NCBI GenBank assembly: GCA_964620905.1
Contig: CAZUKA010000001.1
Location: forward strand, 519,646 to 583,645
DNA: 64,000 bases
Direction of reading: 5' to 3'
Source: an uncultured Gammaproteobacteria bacterium
GTDB lineage: Bacteria > Patescibacteriota > Patescibacteriia > S139-126
A model generated the notes under the pieces. That model made no database searches. It had not been told where the DNA came from and saw only the letters and a program-made list of their open reading frames with translations. A program made the position numbers and the translations under genes. Numbering within the stretch: position 1 is the stretch's first letter; each line of letters begins with the position of its first letter. Of this stretch, positions 16,681-25,567 are shown piece after piece.

Positions 16681-19108
16681 ACCAGACAAAAACTTAATAG
16701 CGACATACATGTCGCTCAGTAGCAAGAAGGCCGATGAATATCTGGCTAATTTAGCGAATCAAATAAAAACAGAAATTCAGAACTCATCAGATTATGATGA
16801 AATTTTTGAGTATTTGGAATTACTTGGAGAATTTGTTTATAAAGCACCTAACGAAACTACTCGGATCGTAAGCCACATTGTGGATAAAAAACCCAATCCT
16901 CCAGCCACTCACAAATCTCCATTCGGTGAGTTTGAAGGAAAGTCATACAAGGACTTGATATTGAAGTGTATCGAACTACTTGGTCATATCAGATATATTG
17001 CTCCGGATGATGTCTTGAAATTAATTGCGCAGCTTTCGCTATCAGAAGACCAAAATATAAAAAGCAAAACTCTAGAAGCCTTAAAAAAGTTTGCTCAATA
17101 CGATTTTAATGTCCTTACCAAGAGTAAAATTGGTTATGGAGCACAGAGAAAGGCTCTTGATTTCATCCTTGCATGGACCCGTGATGAGCAATTTCAACAT
17201 ATTGATTTTGTTGAAAAAGTATTAAGAGAGTTGCTTAGCGCTTCTGTAGAAGGAACCACGTCAGGATTAAACGATGAAGCACAGTATACAATAACGATGC
17301 ATTTTGGTGCTGTCTCGCCAACAGATTTTTTGAAGAAATTGCGCCGTGAGGTAATAGATCTTGTATATGAGTTATATTCAACAACCAAAGATTCAAAATT
17401 AAAATTAAAACTTGTAGAGATTCTTGATGAAACAACACGGACTCCCTCAAATGTAGCTTATGGAGATGATGTAGCTCAAATGATTGTTGATGATCTTAAA
17501 TATCTAACTGGAATTTATCGTAAAATCATCTTCCCAGAAACCGGAAAGATGAATGATCATTTAGGCATCATTGCCACTGTTGAGGAGCGACTCTATTGGA
17601 TTAACAGAAGCGAGAAAAGGCGTGCTGAAGAATCGGAACAACTACGTCAAGATATTTTGAATGACGAACTGTATCATCTTTTCAGGTTACTTGTTGGGGA
17701 CCCTGTTACATATCAGGAACAGGAAGGTTGGAATACGGCTGAAAAAAATAGAGCCGAAGAGACTGAGCAAGTCATAAGCTCAATTGAGGAAACTGAAATT
17801 GAAAAATGGCTTGAAAAATTTAATAAAATTGCTTCTCAGCATGTGCTTGTTGATGAGTGGAAATTTAACCCCTTTAAAGGACTTTTAAGAAAGCTTGCTG
17901 AAACAAAACCTATTGTAGCTGAGAAAATCTTAGAAAGTGTGTTCGTAAGCAATGCCCCTCTCAAGCATTTTACTAGCAGCTTCTTGGATGGTTTTAGAAT
18001 GGGTTCCCATTTCAAACAATGGGATAAATTTATATCGAAAATCATTGAGAATAAAGATACTTCTTTGATAAGTGGGATAGTTTTCTCTCTTAATCTTCCC
18101 GCTGATGCAGACTTACAGAAGCTTATGAGAGAAGAGGATATTGATTTACTTAAAAAAATAGCAAATCGAGTTGACCAATTTTCATTCCTTGATCAGGAAG
18201 ATGACCGGGTCCTGTTATATGCCCTCTTTAATACTTTGTCTCGTAATTTCCAGCGCGCCCCTCAAAGCATTGAGCCGCTAATTGTAGAGCAGATAAAGAA
18301 ACACCCTAAATATTTGGGTATGTTTTTCTCTGAGTTATCAATGATTACTCATAGGAAGTGGATCGATATCAAAAATCTACAACCCGAAACCATTGCTTTT
18401 CTTGAGGAGAAAATTGTTGAGCTTCCTGATGTTGATTGGCACGTTCAAGAGCTGTTGTTAGAAATCGGACAACAATATGGTCTTGGCAAAGTACTGGACG
18501 TGTTTATGAATAGAATTAAAAAAGATGCAGAGAAAGATAAAAAGAAGCCACGACGTATTGGTGACGATAGGTATGAAGTGATTCCTTACCATTTCAACCC
18601 AGACTTAAGTGCGTTTATTACTGAGCACGAAGACTACATAAAAATTGCTGGCAGTTGGGTTGCTGAAATGACTACCGACTGGAGTGGCTACAATTGGCAC
18701 GTTAGTCATTTTCTACAAAGGAATGGTAAAGGGTTTGATGAAATCTTGGCCTCTCTTATAGAGAAAGGTGATGACGAGAGCTTATTGAAAGCAGCTCGTG
18801 CTATGCATTCTATTGAAGGAACTAATTTTGATTTGTGTATTGAAATAGTACGCCAAACTGATAATAAAAGAGTTTTAAGTCAGGTCGACAGCAATATGTA
18901 CACAACTGGTGTCGTGTCAGGTGAGTATGGACTAGCGGAAGCCTATGAGGCTAAAGCAAAAGCACTAGAAAAATATAAAAATGATGAAAGTAAACGAGTT
19001 ATGAAATTTGCGGAAAGAATGATAGTAAGTTTTCTTGATAGTGCAAAAAGAGAACGCCAGCGCACGGACGAAGAAAAACAGCTAAGAAAAATTGAATTTG
19101 AGGAATAA
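16670..19108 (+). CDS. Uncharacterised large alpha-helical protein (812 aa), partner of 15766-16680.
   Basis: Translationally coupled to the upstream gene. Helical-repeat-like composition. No Walker A (only GEFEGKS, which is one residue short). No recognisable catalytic motif. Confidence 0.5.
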   Translation: MKIKPDKNLIATYMSLSSKKADEYLANLANQIKTEIQNSSDYDEIFEYLELLGEFVYKAPNETTRIVSHIVDKKPNPPATHKSPFGEFEGKSYKDLILKCIELLGHIRYIAPDDVLKLIAQLSLSEDQNIKSKTLEALKKFAQYDFNVLTKSKIGYGAQRKALDFILAWTRDEQFQHIDFVEKVLRELLSASVEGTTSGLNDEAQYTITMHFGAVSPTDFLKKLRREVIDLVYELYSTTKDSKLKLKLVEILDETTRTPSNVAYGDDVAQMIVDDLKYLTGIYRKIIFPETGKMNDHLGIIATVEERLYWINRSEKRRAEESEQLRQDILNDELYHLFRLLVGDPVTYQEQEGWNTAEKNRAEETEQVISSIEETEIEKWLEKFNKIASQHVLVDEWKFNPFKGLLRKLAETKPIVAEKILESVFVSNAPLKHFTSSFLDGFRMGSHFKQWDKFISKIIENKDTSLISGIVFSLNLPADADLQKLMREEDIDLLKKIANRVDQFSFLDQEDDRVLLYALFNTLSRNFQRAPQSIEPLIVEQIKKHPKYLGMFFSELSMITHRKWIDIKNLQPETIAFLEEKIVELPDVDWHVQELLLEIGQQYGLGKVLDVFMNRIKKDAEKDKKKPRRIGDDRYEVIPYHFNPDLSAFITEHEDYIKIAGSWVAEMTTDWSGYNWHVSHFLQRNGKGFDEILASLIEKGDDESLLKAARAMHSIEGTNFDLCIEIVRQTDNKRVLSQVDSNMYTTGVVSGEYGLAEAYEAKAKALEKYKNDESKRVMKFAERMIVSFLDSAKRERQRTDEEKQLRKIEFEE

Positions 19109-19112
19109 AAGT

Positions 19113-19445
19113 ATGGAAATCGAATCAAAAAAACAAATTCTTGAACGGCGGAAAGAGATTGAGCAGGAACTCGTGGAAAAGCTCAAAGAGACCGAGAGTG
19201 ATTTTACTTTGGATCATGTCCGGGATGCTATTTATAACGAGGAAGAAAGCGACGACATGATGAAAGTTGTTGCTATGTTTGATGGTTCGACTTCGCTCAC
19301 CACAGGTCGCGGTGGTGATGCCACCGAGCTTGAAAATGTGCTCGAGTTGGTCAGCGATGCGTGGAATTATTTTCCGCACAAAGTACTCGGTGGCATCTCT
19401 CCGGCCGAGAAATTATTAGAGCATCACAATAAAACTAAAAAATAA
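19113..19445 (+). CDS. Small acidic hypothetical protein.
   Basis: About 110 aa. A GAGGA Shine-Dalgarno sits 8 nt upstream of ATG at 19113. Begins 4 nt after the stop of the 812 aa gene. Confidence 0.45.
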   Translation: MEIESKKQILERRKEIEQELVEKLKETESDFTLDHVRDAIYNEEESDDMMKVVAMFDGSTSLTTGRGGDATELENVLELVSDAWNYFPHKVLGGISPAEKLLEHHNKTKK

Positions 19446-19447
19446 AT

Positions 19448-19924
19448 ATGAAAATCAACAACACATTCAAACTCATCATCGCAATAGTTGTTTCTGAGCT
19501 GGCAGGTATCATCGGTTCGGTGTTTACGACTCCGTCTATTGATGGCTGGTACTCGACGCTTGTTAGGCCAGCACTTAATCCTCCGGCATGGGTATTCGGA
19601 CCCGTCTGGACGACCCTCTTTGCCCTTATGGGCATTGCGGCGTTTCTTGTTTGGAAAAAAGGATTGGATCGCAGGGATGTAAAAATCGCTCTCGGCATAT
19701 TTCTCGGCCAGCTAGTGCTCAATACACTCTGGTCAATCATCTTTTTCGGCCTGCATTCTCCGGGCGGCGCGTTTATTGAGATCATATTCCTCTGGCTTGC
19801 CATTCTTACTACGATCATCGCTTTTGCACGTATCTCGAAACCGGCCGCCTGGCTTCTTGTGCCATATATCCTCTGGGTCAGCTTTGCCGCGTATCTTAAT
19901 TACTCTATTTGGATGTTGAATTAA
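19448..19924 (+). CDS. tspO: TspO/MBR family tryptophan-rich sensory (translocator) protein.
   Basis: 158 aa with five transmembrane segments. WYSTLVRPALNPPAWVFGPVWTTLFALMGIAAFLVW and Trp-rich helices are characteristic of TspO. Confidence 0.8.
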   Translation: MKINNTFKLIIAIVVSELAGIIGSVFTTPSIDGWYSTLVRPALNPPAWVFGPVWTTLFALMGIAAFLVWKKGLDRRDVKIALGIFLGQLVLNTLWSIIFFGLHSPGGAFIEIIFLWLAILTTIIAFARISKPAAWLLVPYILWVSFAAYLNYSIWMLN

Positions 19925-19928
19925 ACAT

Positions 19929-20396
19929 ATGGAACACTACAAACACACTCAAATTGGTTATCTGATGATCTTTATAACGCTCATGGTGCTGGTCTTTTTC
20001 GCATGGCTTCAGATTACGGCTAGAGCCGAGCCGCCCTCTGTTGATTCAGGTGCAAATTTTGCTATGACAGCCGTCATGGTACTGGTAGTGCTTATTCTTG
20101 CATCTTTCGGCTGGCTTACCGTGAGAGTTGACGAACAACATGTGGCAATCAAGTTTGGCTGGGGAATATTCCGCAAAAAATTCTCAACAAGTGAGATTGC
20201 TTCGGTCGCGCAGGTAAAAAATCATTGGTATTACGGATGGGGCATCCGATTGTGGTTTTGGCCGAAAATGTGGATTTATAATGTCTCCGGCTTTGATGCC
20301 ATAGAGCTGACTATGAAAAACGGAAAAATCTATCGCATCGGCACTGACGAGACAGAAAAACTTGAGTCCGCAATCAAGCGAGTCATATTTGCTTAA
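19929..20396 (+). CDS. Membrane protein with two N-terminal transmembrane helices and a PH-like soluble domain, hypothetical.
   Basis: 155 aa. The C-terminal region resembles bacterial PH (YdbS/T-like) domains. Last gene of the island operon. Confidence 0.45.
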   Translation: MEHYKHTQIGYLMIFITLMVLVFFAWLQITARAEPPSVDSGANFAMTAVMVLVVLILASFGWLTVRVDEQHVAIKFGWGIFRKKFSTSEIASVAQVKNHWYYGWGIRLWFWPKMWIYNVSGFDAIELTMKNGKIYRIGTDETEKLESAIKRVIFA

Positions 20397-20723
20397 CTTT
20401 TCAGAAATTAAGCAAATCGTCCCAGGCTCTCAAATTTCGTCCAATGGCTTGGTGAGTCTGCAACATGGGTCAAACGTCTAGCCCGGGGACAAAGCTCGCC
20501 CCCGGGGCAAACAAACGGCAATTCCGGTGGGTTCTAAACGTGTTCGTATTTGGCGAGTAAACCTTTCATCTGGTCGAGCATAACCGTCGGGTATTTGTAC
20601 TCTTTGATCCAGTCAAACGCTCGAAAGTCACGGAGAAGGGCGAGCCATGAAAATTGCGTCACCATTAGGTGGCGCTATTTTCATATCTGGGAGGATGAGA
20701 AGTTTATCCCGCCAACGGCGGGA

Positions 20724-20744
20724 AGTCCGACCCGCGGAGCCATA
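20724..20744 (+). repeat. attR-side direct repeat, a copy of the tRNA-Asn 3' end.
   Basis: The 21 nt agtccgacccgcggagccata are identical to 7943-7963. A hairpin cccgccaacggcggg lies just upstream. Confidence 0.7.
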
Positions 20745-22016
20745 ACAAAGAACACCACATTTATTGGTGTTTTTTGTATAGGGCAAGTGAAGGTTATAAT
20801 CAAACTTTATAATTTTGTGTATAATTATACATAGACCTTAAATTTAATAATTAAGTTGTATAATTATGTGGGAATTATTTATTGATATTTTAGCTAGTTT
20901 ATGCTCATTTGTGCTCTCAATATCTATTTTTATTATTTTGCCGATCGCATTATATAGAGGTATTAAGAAAAAGAATTGGAAATTATTAAGAATTGTTTTA
21001 TTCACGATCATTTCATCTGCCGGTATTTATACTTTACTCATCTTTTCTATATTACCATCATTAATAAATGAGCCTATTAAAACCCAAAGTAGTGTAGATA
21101 ATTTGTTACCTATGTACGGTGGAGAAAATCGAATAAAAACATCTTCTCAAATAGAAGCAGACGAAAAATTTATATCAGAAATGATTGACATTGCAGGAAG
21201 TAGAGAGGAAGCGGCAGAGGGTATCGTAAACGGAGCTTGGGAATTTTTTGAGCAGGGTGATATTGATATAGCGATGAAAAGATTTAATCAAGCTTGGCTA
21301 CTAGACCCACAGAATATAGAAGCTTATAAGGGCTTCGCCGCAATTTTAGAAAAGAGAGGTCAGCCTGAAGAAGCACGAAAGATGCTACAAAAAGCTCAAG
21401 ACGTTAGTACTGCAAAGTAAAATATAATATATATTAATAAAAACTATTGTTATATGGAGAGTAGGGTAGACTAGAAAGTATATATTACACCACACCGCTG
21501 GTTCTAATTTTCTCCACATTATGAAATATACCTAATGAAGGTAGTTAAATTTTTTAGTTCCTAGCGACCGTGTTGTTTAGTAATAGTTTGTCAGTTATAA
21601 TATAGAATACTCCACTAAGGGGTATTTTTGTGAAAATGTTTTTTTATTGACAAAACAGTAAAAGTGTAACGTTTTTTAAATAACTGCCCATTATATAAAT
21701 GTATAATTGTGTTAATAATTAACAATAAAAATATGGATAAAAAAATGTATATAAATAGCACCATAGGTCTTGCTATTTTGACCATATTTATCCCAAGAGT
21801 TCTTTTATAGTAACTTTTTCTCAATCTGTTACAATTACTAATATATACACATCCTATCCAGACATTCTAAACTAATATAATTTATTTCAATTATCACCTA
21901 AAGGCTTAACTATTTGTTAAGCCTTTTTAATTATTTAAGTTATATTTATTTAACTCTTTCTTACTAATTTTTATGGATAAATATATCCTAGTAAGTTCGG
22001 TAAGTATGTAATCTGT
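20745..22016. mobile_element. Degenerate second islet (remnant element or satellite) of about 1.3 kb.
   Basis: Bounded by 45-nt direct repeats (20736-20780 and 22017-22061) that consist of the tRNA 3' tail plus a terminator-like hairpin. It contains a single TPR gene and no recombinase. Confidence 0.45.
20866..21420 (+). CDS. Membrane-anchored TPR-repeat protein.
   Basis: Two N-terminal transmembrane helices. C-terminal TPR-like repeats (AWEFFEQGDIDIAMKRFNQAWLLDPQNIEAYKGFAAILEKRGQPEEA). Confidence 0.55.
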   Translation: MWELFIDILASLCSFVLSISIFIILPIALYRGIKKKNWKLLRIVLFTIISSAGIYTLLIFSILPSLINEPIKTQSSVDNLLPMYGGENRIKTSSQIEADEKFISEMIDIAGSREEAAEGIVNGAWEFFEQGDIDIAMKRFNQAWLLDPQNIEAYKGFAAILEKRGQPEEARKMLQKAQDVSTAK

Positions 22017-22061
22017 GGAGCCATACAAAAACCACCAATCTTTATTGGTGTTTTTTGTATA
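22017..22061 (+). repeat. Direct repeat: tRNA-Asn 3' tail plus terminator hairpin. Likely the original host sequence downstream of the tRNA.
   Basis: ggagccatacaaaaaccaccaatctttattggtgttttttgtata matches 20736-20780 with a few mismatches. It contains the hairpin caccaat/attggtg followed by a T-run. Confidence 0.55.
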
Positions 22062-22185
22062 TCTGGATTACCATTTCAAATTTCATAATATGTTTGACGA
22101 ATTATAAATATATGTTAGTATAATTTATTACATAAAAAGCTATTTAACAATTCAAAAAATATATTTATTTAAAGAGGAGGTTCTT

Positions 22186-22974
22186 ATGTGGTATTTAATC
22201 TATAAATTGCTACGCCCTATCTTACCAATCTCAAGTGGTCTAGCTGCTTGGATAGTTTCTCAAGCTTGTGGTGCTAATATTCAATCATCCATAGCTGCTG
22301 CCGCATCTATTGGAACTGGTACAATCGGAGCTAGTTTTTATCATTATGGTGGGGCAAACTGGATGTATGCTCGCAAATCCGAACGATTAAAATTTTCTGA
22401 TCCTCAAATCATTATGTTGATCGGACTAGCTATTTGTTGTTTATCTATTGCTATTGCGATTCAATGGTTACCGAAACATTGTGTGTATATTGCTTTATTC
22501 AATACTATTGCAGTTGCTGCCTACTCAGCCAAACTTTCTTCACATTGGATTACTAAAAATCTCACTATGAGCTTAGTTTGTGCTACCCCTGTAGCCATAG
22601 GCTGGCAAGCAGGAAATGTCACCCACCCGATAGTACCTTGGGCACTTGGGATAGCAATACTAGCTCATCTGGCAAGAGAGATGATTAAAGACGTCAAAGA
22701 TATTATTGCCAATAATGGAAAACGTATTACATTACCTATGGTATTAGGGACAAGTAGAGTACTTCAAATTTCCGGCAGTTTGCTGATAGCGGCTGGGGTA
22801 ATGATTATTTCCTTACTACAGTTTACTGGGAGTATATTTCAACAGTTTATGATAGCTTTATCAGTAATAATATTTCTCTTCACCGCTAGTCATCTCATAA
22901 TTCATAAACAGGCGATGCAAAGTGAAACTGCGATTACTATAGGTATATTTTTTATCTTGCTGGCATTAATATAG
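22186..22974 (+). CDS. Polytopic membrane protein, UbiA-prenyltransferase-like (divergent).
   Basis: About 8 transmembrane segments. A second Asp-rich motif KDVKDIIANNGKRITLPMVLG resembles the UbiA DxxDxxx...GxRTLP motif. A first NDxxDxxxD motif is not evident. A strong SD ggagg is present. Confidence 0.4.
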   Translation: MWYLIYKLLRPILPISSGLAAWIVSQACGANIQSSIAAAASIGTGTIGASFYHYGGANWMYARKSERLKFSDPQIIMLIGLAICCLSIAIAIQWLPKHCVYIALFNTIAVAAYSAKLSSHWITKNLTMSLVCATPVAIGWQAGNVTHPIVPWALGIAILAHLAREMIKDVKDIIANNGKRITLPMVLGTSRVLQISGSLLIAAGVMIISLLQFTGSIFQQFMIALSVIIFLFTASHLIIHKQAMQSETAITIGIFFILLALI

Positions 22975-23134
22975 ATTATATTTATATATTTAGACTGTCT
23001 ATCAAGGCAGTCTTTTTATTTAGTTAAGTAAACAAATTCCTATAATTAATAAGATAATTGACAATTATTGAAACTATAATTAAAATAGTTTATTAGTCCT
23101 TTATATAAAATATATAAACAAATCAGGAGAAAAA

Positions 23135-23359
23135 ATGAACTGCCAAAAAAAAGATTGTCTAGGGACAATAAATACTGATATCAACATAAATTTACAAACT
23201 GGCTGCAACTGCTGCTTTGGCCGAGCTTTAGCTCACCCCTGTAACCAGTGTGGTCGTCTGCACTGGTCAGAAAGTGGTAATCTGGTTTTCAACCGAGCAG
23301 AAGAAGCTGCTTATCTTGAAAACGGACAAATAGTCCATAAACAACAATCACAAAAATAG
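23135..23359 (+). CDS. Small cysteine-rich protein (7 Cys), hypothetical.
   Basis: 74 aa: MNCQKKDCLG...GCNCCFGRALAHPCNQCGRLHW. Own SD (aggag). A rho-independent terminator follows directly. Confidence 0.5.
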   Translation: MNCQKKDCLGTINTDININLQTGCNCCFGRALAHPCNQCGRLHWSESGNLVFNRAEEAAYLENGQIVHKQQSQK

Positions 23360-23364
23360 TTTAA

Positions 23365-23395
23365 CAAAACCAAGCAAATACTTGGTTTTTTTATT
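23365..23395 (+). terminator. Rho-independent terminator.
   Basis: Stem accaag/cttggt followed by a T7 run. Confidence 0.5.
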
Positions 23396-23480
23396 TTCTT
23401 TTCTACAAAACTATTTACAAAAAAAACAATAACTGCTAGAATAATAAATCTTTCATTAACAATAAACAAAGGAAATAATA

Positions 23481-24200
23481 ATGGAAAAAAACAACCAACC
23501 TATTGTTTTTCCGTCACTGTCAATCGACTTTCCCAAAAAGATCTATCATGAGATATATGAATTGACAAACAGACAAAACAGTTCCTACCAACATCCCACT
23601 TTTCGTGGTTCCTTTACCACCTTGCATGTCTGGCATGCGCTTCGGAGTGCTTATATCCATTTCAAAACATTTTATCCAAACTTTAAATATCTTTATGATT
23701 TTAAAGATTATGATGAATATCAACCGCTGGAAATAGTTGAACACTTAAGAGGCATGTTAACTAAAACCGATATACAAACTGATGGTCAGTATGCCAAACT
23801 TCTCAACTGGGAACATTTGGGTGAATGCCATACCCATTTTGAATTTTTTATCCAACTAGTTGATTCTTTTTTGGAAGCAGTCCAAGGTTTATCTTTTGGA
23901 GTTAAATTCGATCAGCGAATGGAAAAATTTTTAGAAAAAATCAAATCTTTTTCTGTTATTCAACAACAGATTATCAACGACTACTTACAAAAAAATAATC
24001 ACAAACCAATCACCTATGCTTTTTCTAAGGAACATTCAAAAATAATCTATTTCCATTCTACCGAATGGGGTGAGAAAAAAACTTCAGAATTTTTGGTAAA
24101 TTATATCGTGCCGCTTCTTATAGAAAACAACAATCTTCAGCTAACAACTGAAAAACTCCTGGCGCTAATCACCAGATTTGAGAATTCATACACCAACTAA
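23481..24200 (+). CDS. Hypothetical protein.
   Basis: 239 aa. No recognised motif. Confidence 0.45.
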   Translation: MEKNNQPIVFPSLSIDFPKKIYHEIYELTNRQNSSYQHPTFRGSFTTLHVWHALRSAYIHFKTFYPNFKYLYDFKDYDEYQPLEIVEHLRGMLTKTDIQTDGQYAKLLNWEHLGECHTHFEFFIQLVDSFLEAVQGLSFGVKFDQRMEKFLEKIKSFSVIQQQIINDYLQKNNHKPITYAFSKEHSKIIYFHSTEWGEKKTSEFLVNYIVPLLIENNNLQLTTEKLLALITRFENSYTN

Positions 24201-24250
24201 CAAAAAAGAGCAGTTTTTAGCTGCTCTTATTTTATTTTCTAATTTCTAAA

Positions 24251-25534
24251 CTAATAATCCTTCAACTTTTTCATTTGCAAATTCTGTTGAATCTTTTCTA
24301 GGGCTTTGGCTTCAATTTGTCGAATGCGTTCTCTTGTGACACCAAATTCTTGTCCCACTTCTTCCAGGGTATGAGCCACCCCATCAGTCAAACCAAAACG
24401 CATTTCCAAAATTTTTTGCTCTCGGGGAGTAAGCTGACTGATAATTTCTGTCACATGATCTTTCAGTAATCGCAGGGCTGCTACTCGATCCGGGGTAATG
24501 GTTTTTTGGTCTTCAATAAAATCACCCAGTTTGGAATCACCATCATCATCATCACCAACTGATGTCTCTAGTGAAACTGTTTCTTGGGATATTTTCATAA
24601 TATGTAAAATCTTTTCCATCGGCTCGCCCATTTCTGAGGCAATCTCTTCCGGCAAGGGTTCCCTACCTAAATCTTGTATTAATCTACGTTCTACTTGCTG
24701 AAATTTATTGATTGTTTCCACCATATGAACCGGGATTCTGATGGTACGAGACTGATCAGCCAAAGCTCTAGTGATAGCTTGCCTGATCCACCAAGTAGCA
24801 TAAGTAGAAAATTTAAAACCTTTGCGATAATCATATTTTTCAACTGCTCGAAACAGTCCAATATTTCCCTCTTGAATCAAATCAAGCAGTGATAAAGAAC
24901 GGCCGGTAAATTTCTTGGCGATTGATACTACCAAACGCAAATTTGCCTCAATCAAGCGCCGCATAGCTTCTTTGTCATTTTTTTCTTTGCGTTTAGCCAG
25001 TTGTAGCTCTTCTTCACTGGATAAAAGTGGCACTTTACCGATTTCTCGTAAATACATTTGGATGGAATCAGCAGAAATGTCTGTCAAATCCAATCTTTTT
25101 TTATCAATGCCAAAACCAGCTTGTTTTAAAACTTCTTCCCGATTTTCTTTTTGCGACAATAAACCACCACTATATTCAATCACCTGTACAGCAGCCAAAT
25201 CAAGTTTATCCAAAAAAATATAAAATTCCGAAAGGTAATCTTCTACTTCCGGAAAAACAAACATAATTTCGTGCTCAGTCACGAAACCGCGTTGTCGGCC
25301 TTTATGCAACAAACGCTCTATTTGTGTTAGTGGTGGTGGCAAAGCTTTGACACGACGAATAATTTTTGTTTTTTTTGAAATTTTACCCACTAAGGTAATT
25401 TTATCAGCCTTTTTCTTGGCTGTATTTTTTTTCGCACGGCTAGGAGCGGTGCGTTGAGTAGAGATTTTTTTAGTCTGCTTTTTTGAAGCAGGTTTTTTTG
25501 ACGAACCTAATTTTTTTGCCTTTTTAGGGGGCAT
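24251..25534 (-). CDS. rpoD: RNA polymerase sigma factor RpoD (sigma-70) with a Lys-rich N-terminal extension.
   Basis: Region 2 [16 protein letters not shown]. Region 4 [26 protein letters not shown]. Lies downstream of dnaG. Confidence 0.9.
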   Translation of the reverse strand: MPPKKAKKLGSSKKPASKKQTKKISTQRTAPSRAKKNTAKKKADKITLVGKISKKTKIIRRVKALPPPLTQIERLLHKGRQRGFVTEHEIMFVFPEVEDYLSEFYIFLDKLDLAAVQVIEYSGGLLSQKENREEVLKQAGFGIDKKRLDLTDISADSIQMYLREIGKVPLLSSEEELQLAKRKEKNDKEAMRRLIEANLRLVVSIAKKFTGRSLSLLDLIQEGNIGLFRAVEKYDYRKGFKFSTYATWWIRQAITRALADQSRTIRIPVHMVETINKFQQVERRLIQDLGREPLPEEIASEMGEPMEKILHIMKISQETVSLETSVGDDDDGDSKLGDFIEDQKTITPDRVAALRLLKDHVTEIISQLTPREQKILEMRFGLTDGVAHTLEEVGQEFGVTRERIRQIEAKALEKIQQNLQMKKLKDY

Positions 25535-25567
25535 ATTAATTTTCTTTTTTATTTTTAAATTGTAATT

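Larger units (their letters stand above)
7963..20744. mobile_element. Integrative element of about 12.8 kb inserted at the 3' end of tRNA-Asn.
   Basis: Intact tRNA at the left end. A 21-nt direct repeat agtccgacccgcggagccata sits at 20724-20744. GC is visibly higher than the flanks. The recombinase lies adjacent to the tRNA. The element also carries an excisionase-like HTH and an R-M cargo. Confidence 0.75.

Noticed and set aside
20550-20834. 94 aa plus-strand ORF spanning the attR repeat.
   Set aside because: It runs across the att direct repeat and terminator-like sequence into AT-rich non-coding DNA. It has no SD and is likely spurious.
21615-21824. 69 aa minus-strand ORF in the AT-rich islet.
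   Set aside because: It lies in an ~20% GC non-coding-looking stretch with no SD and a low-complexity translation. Likely spurious.
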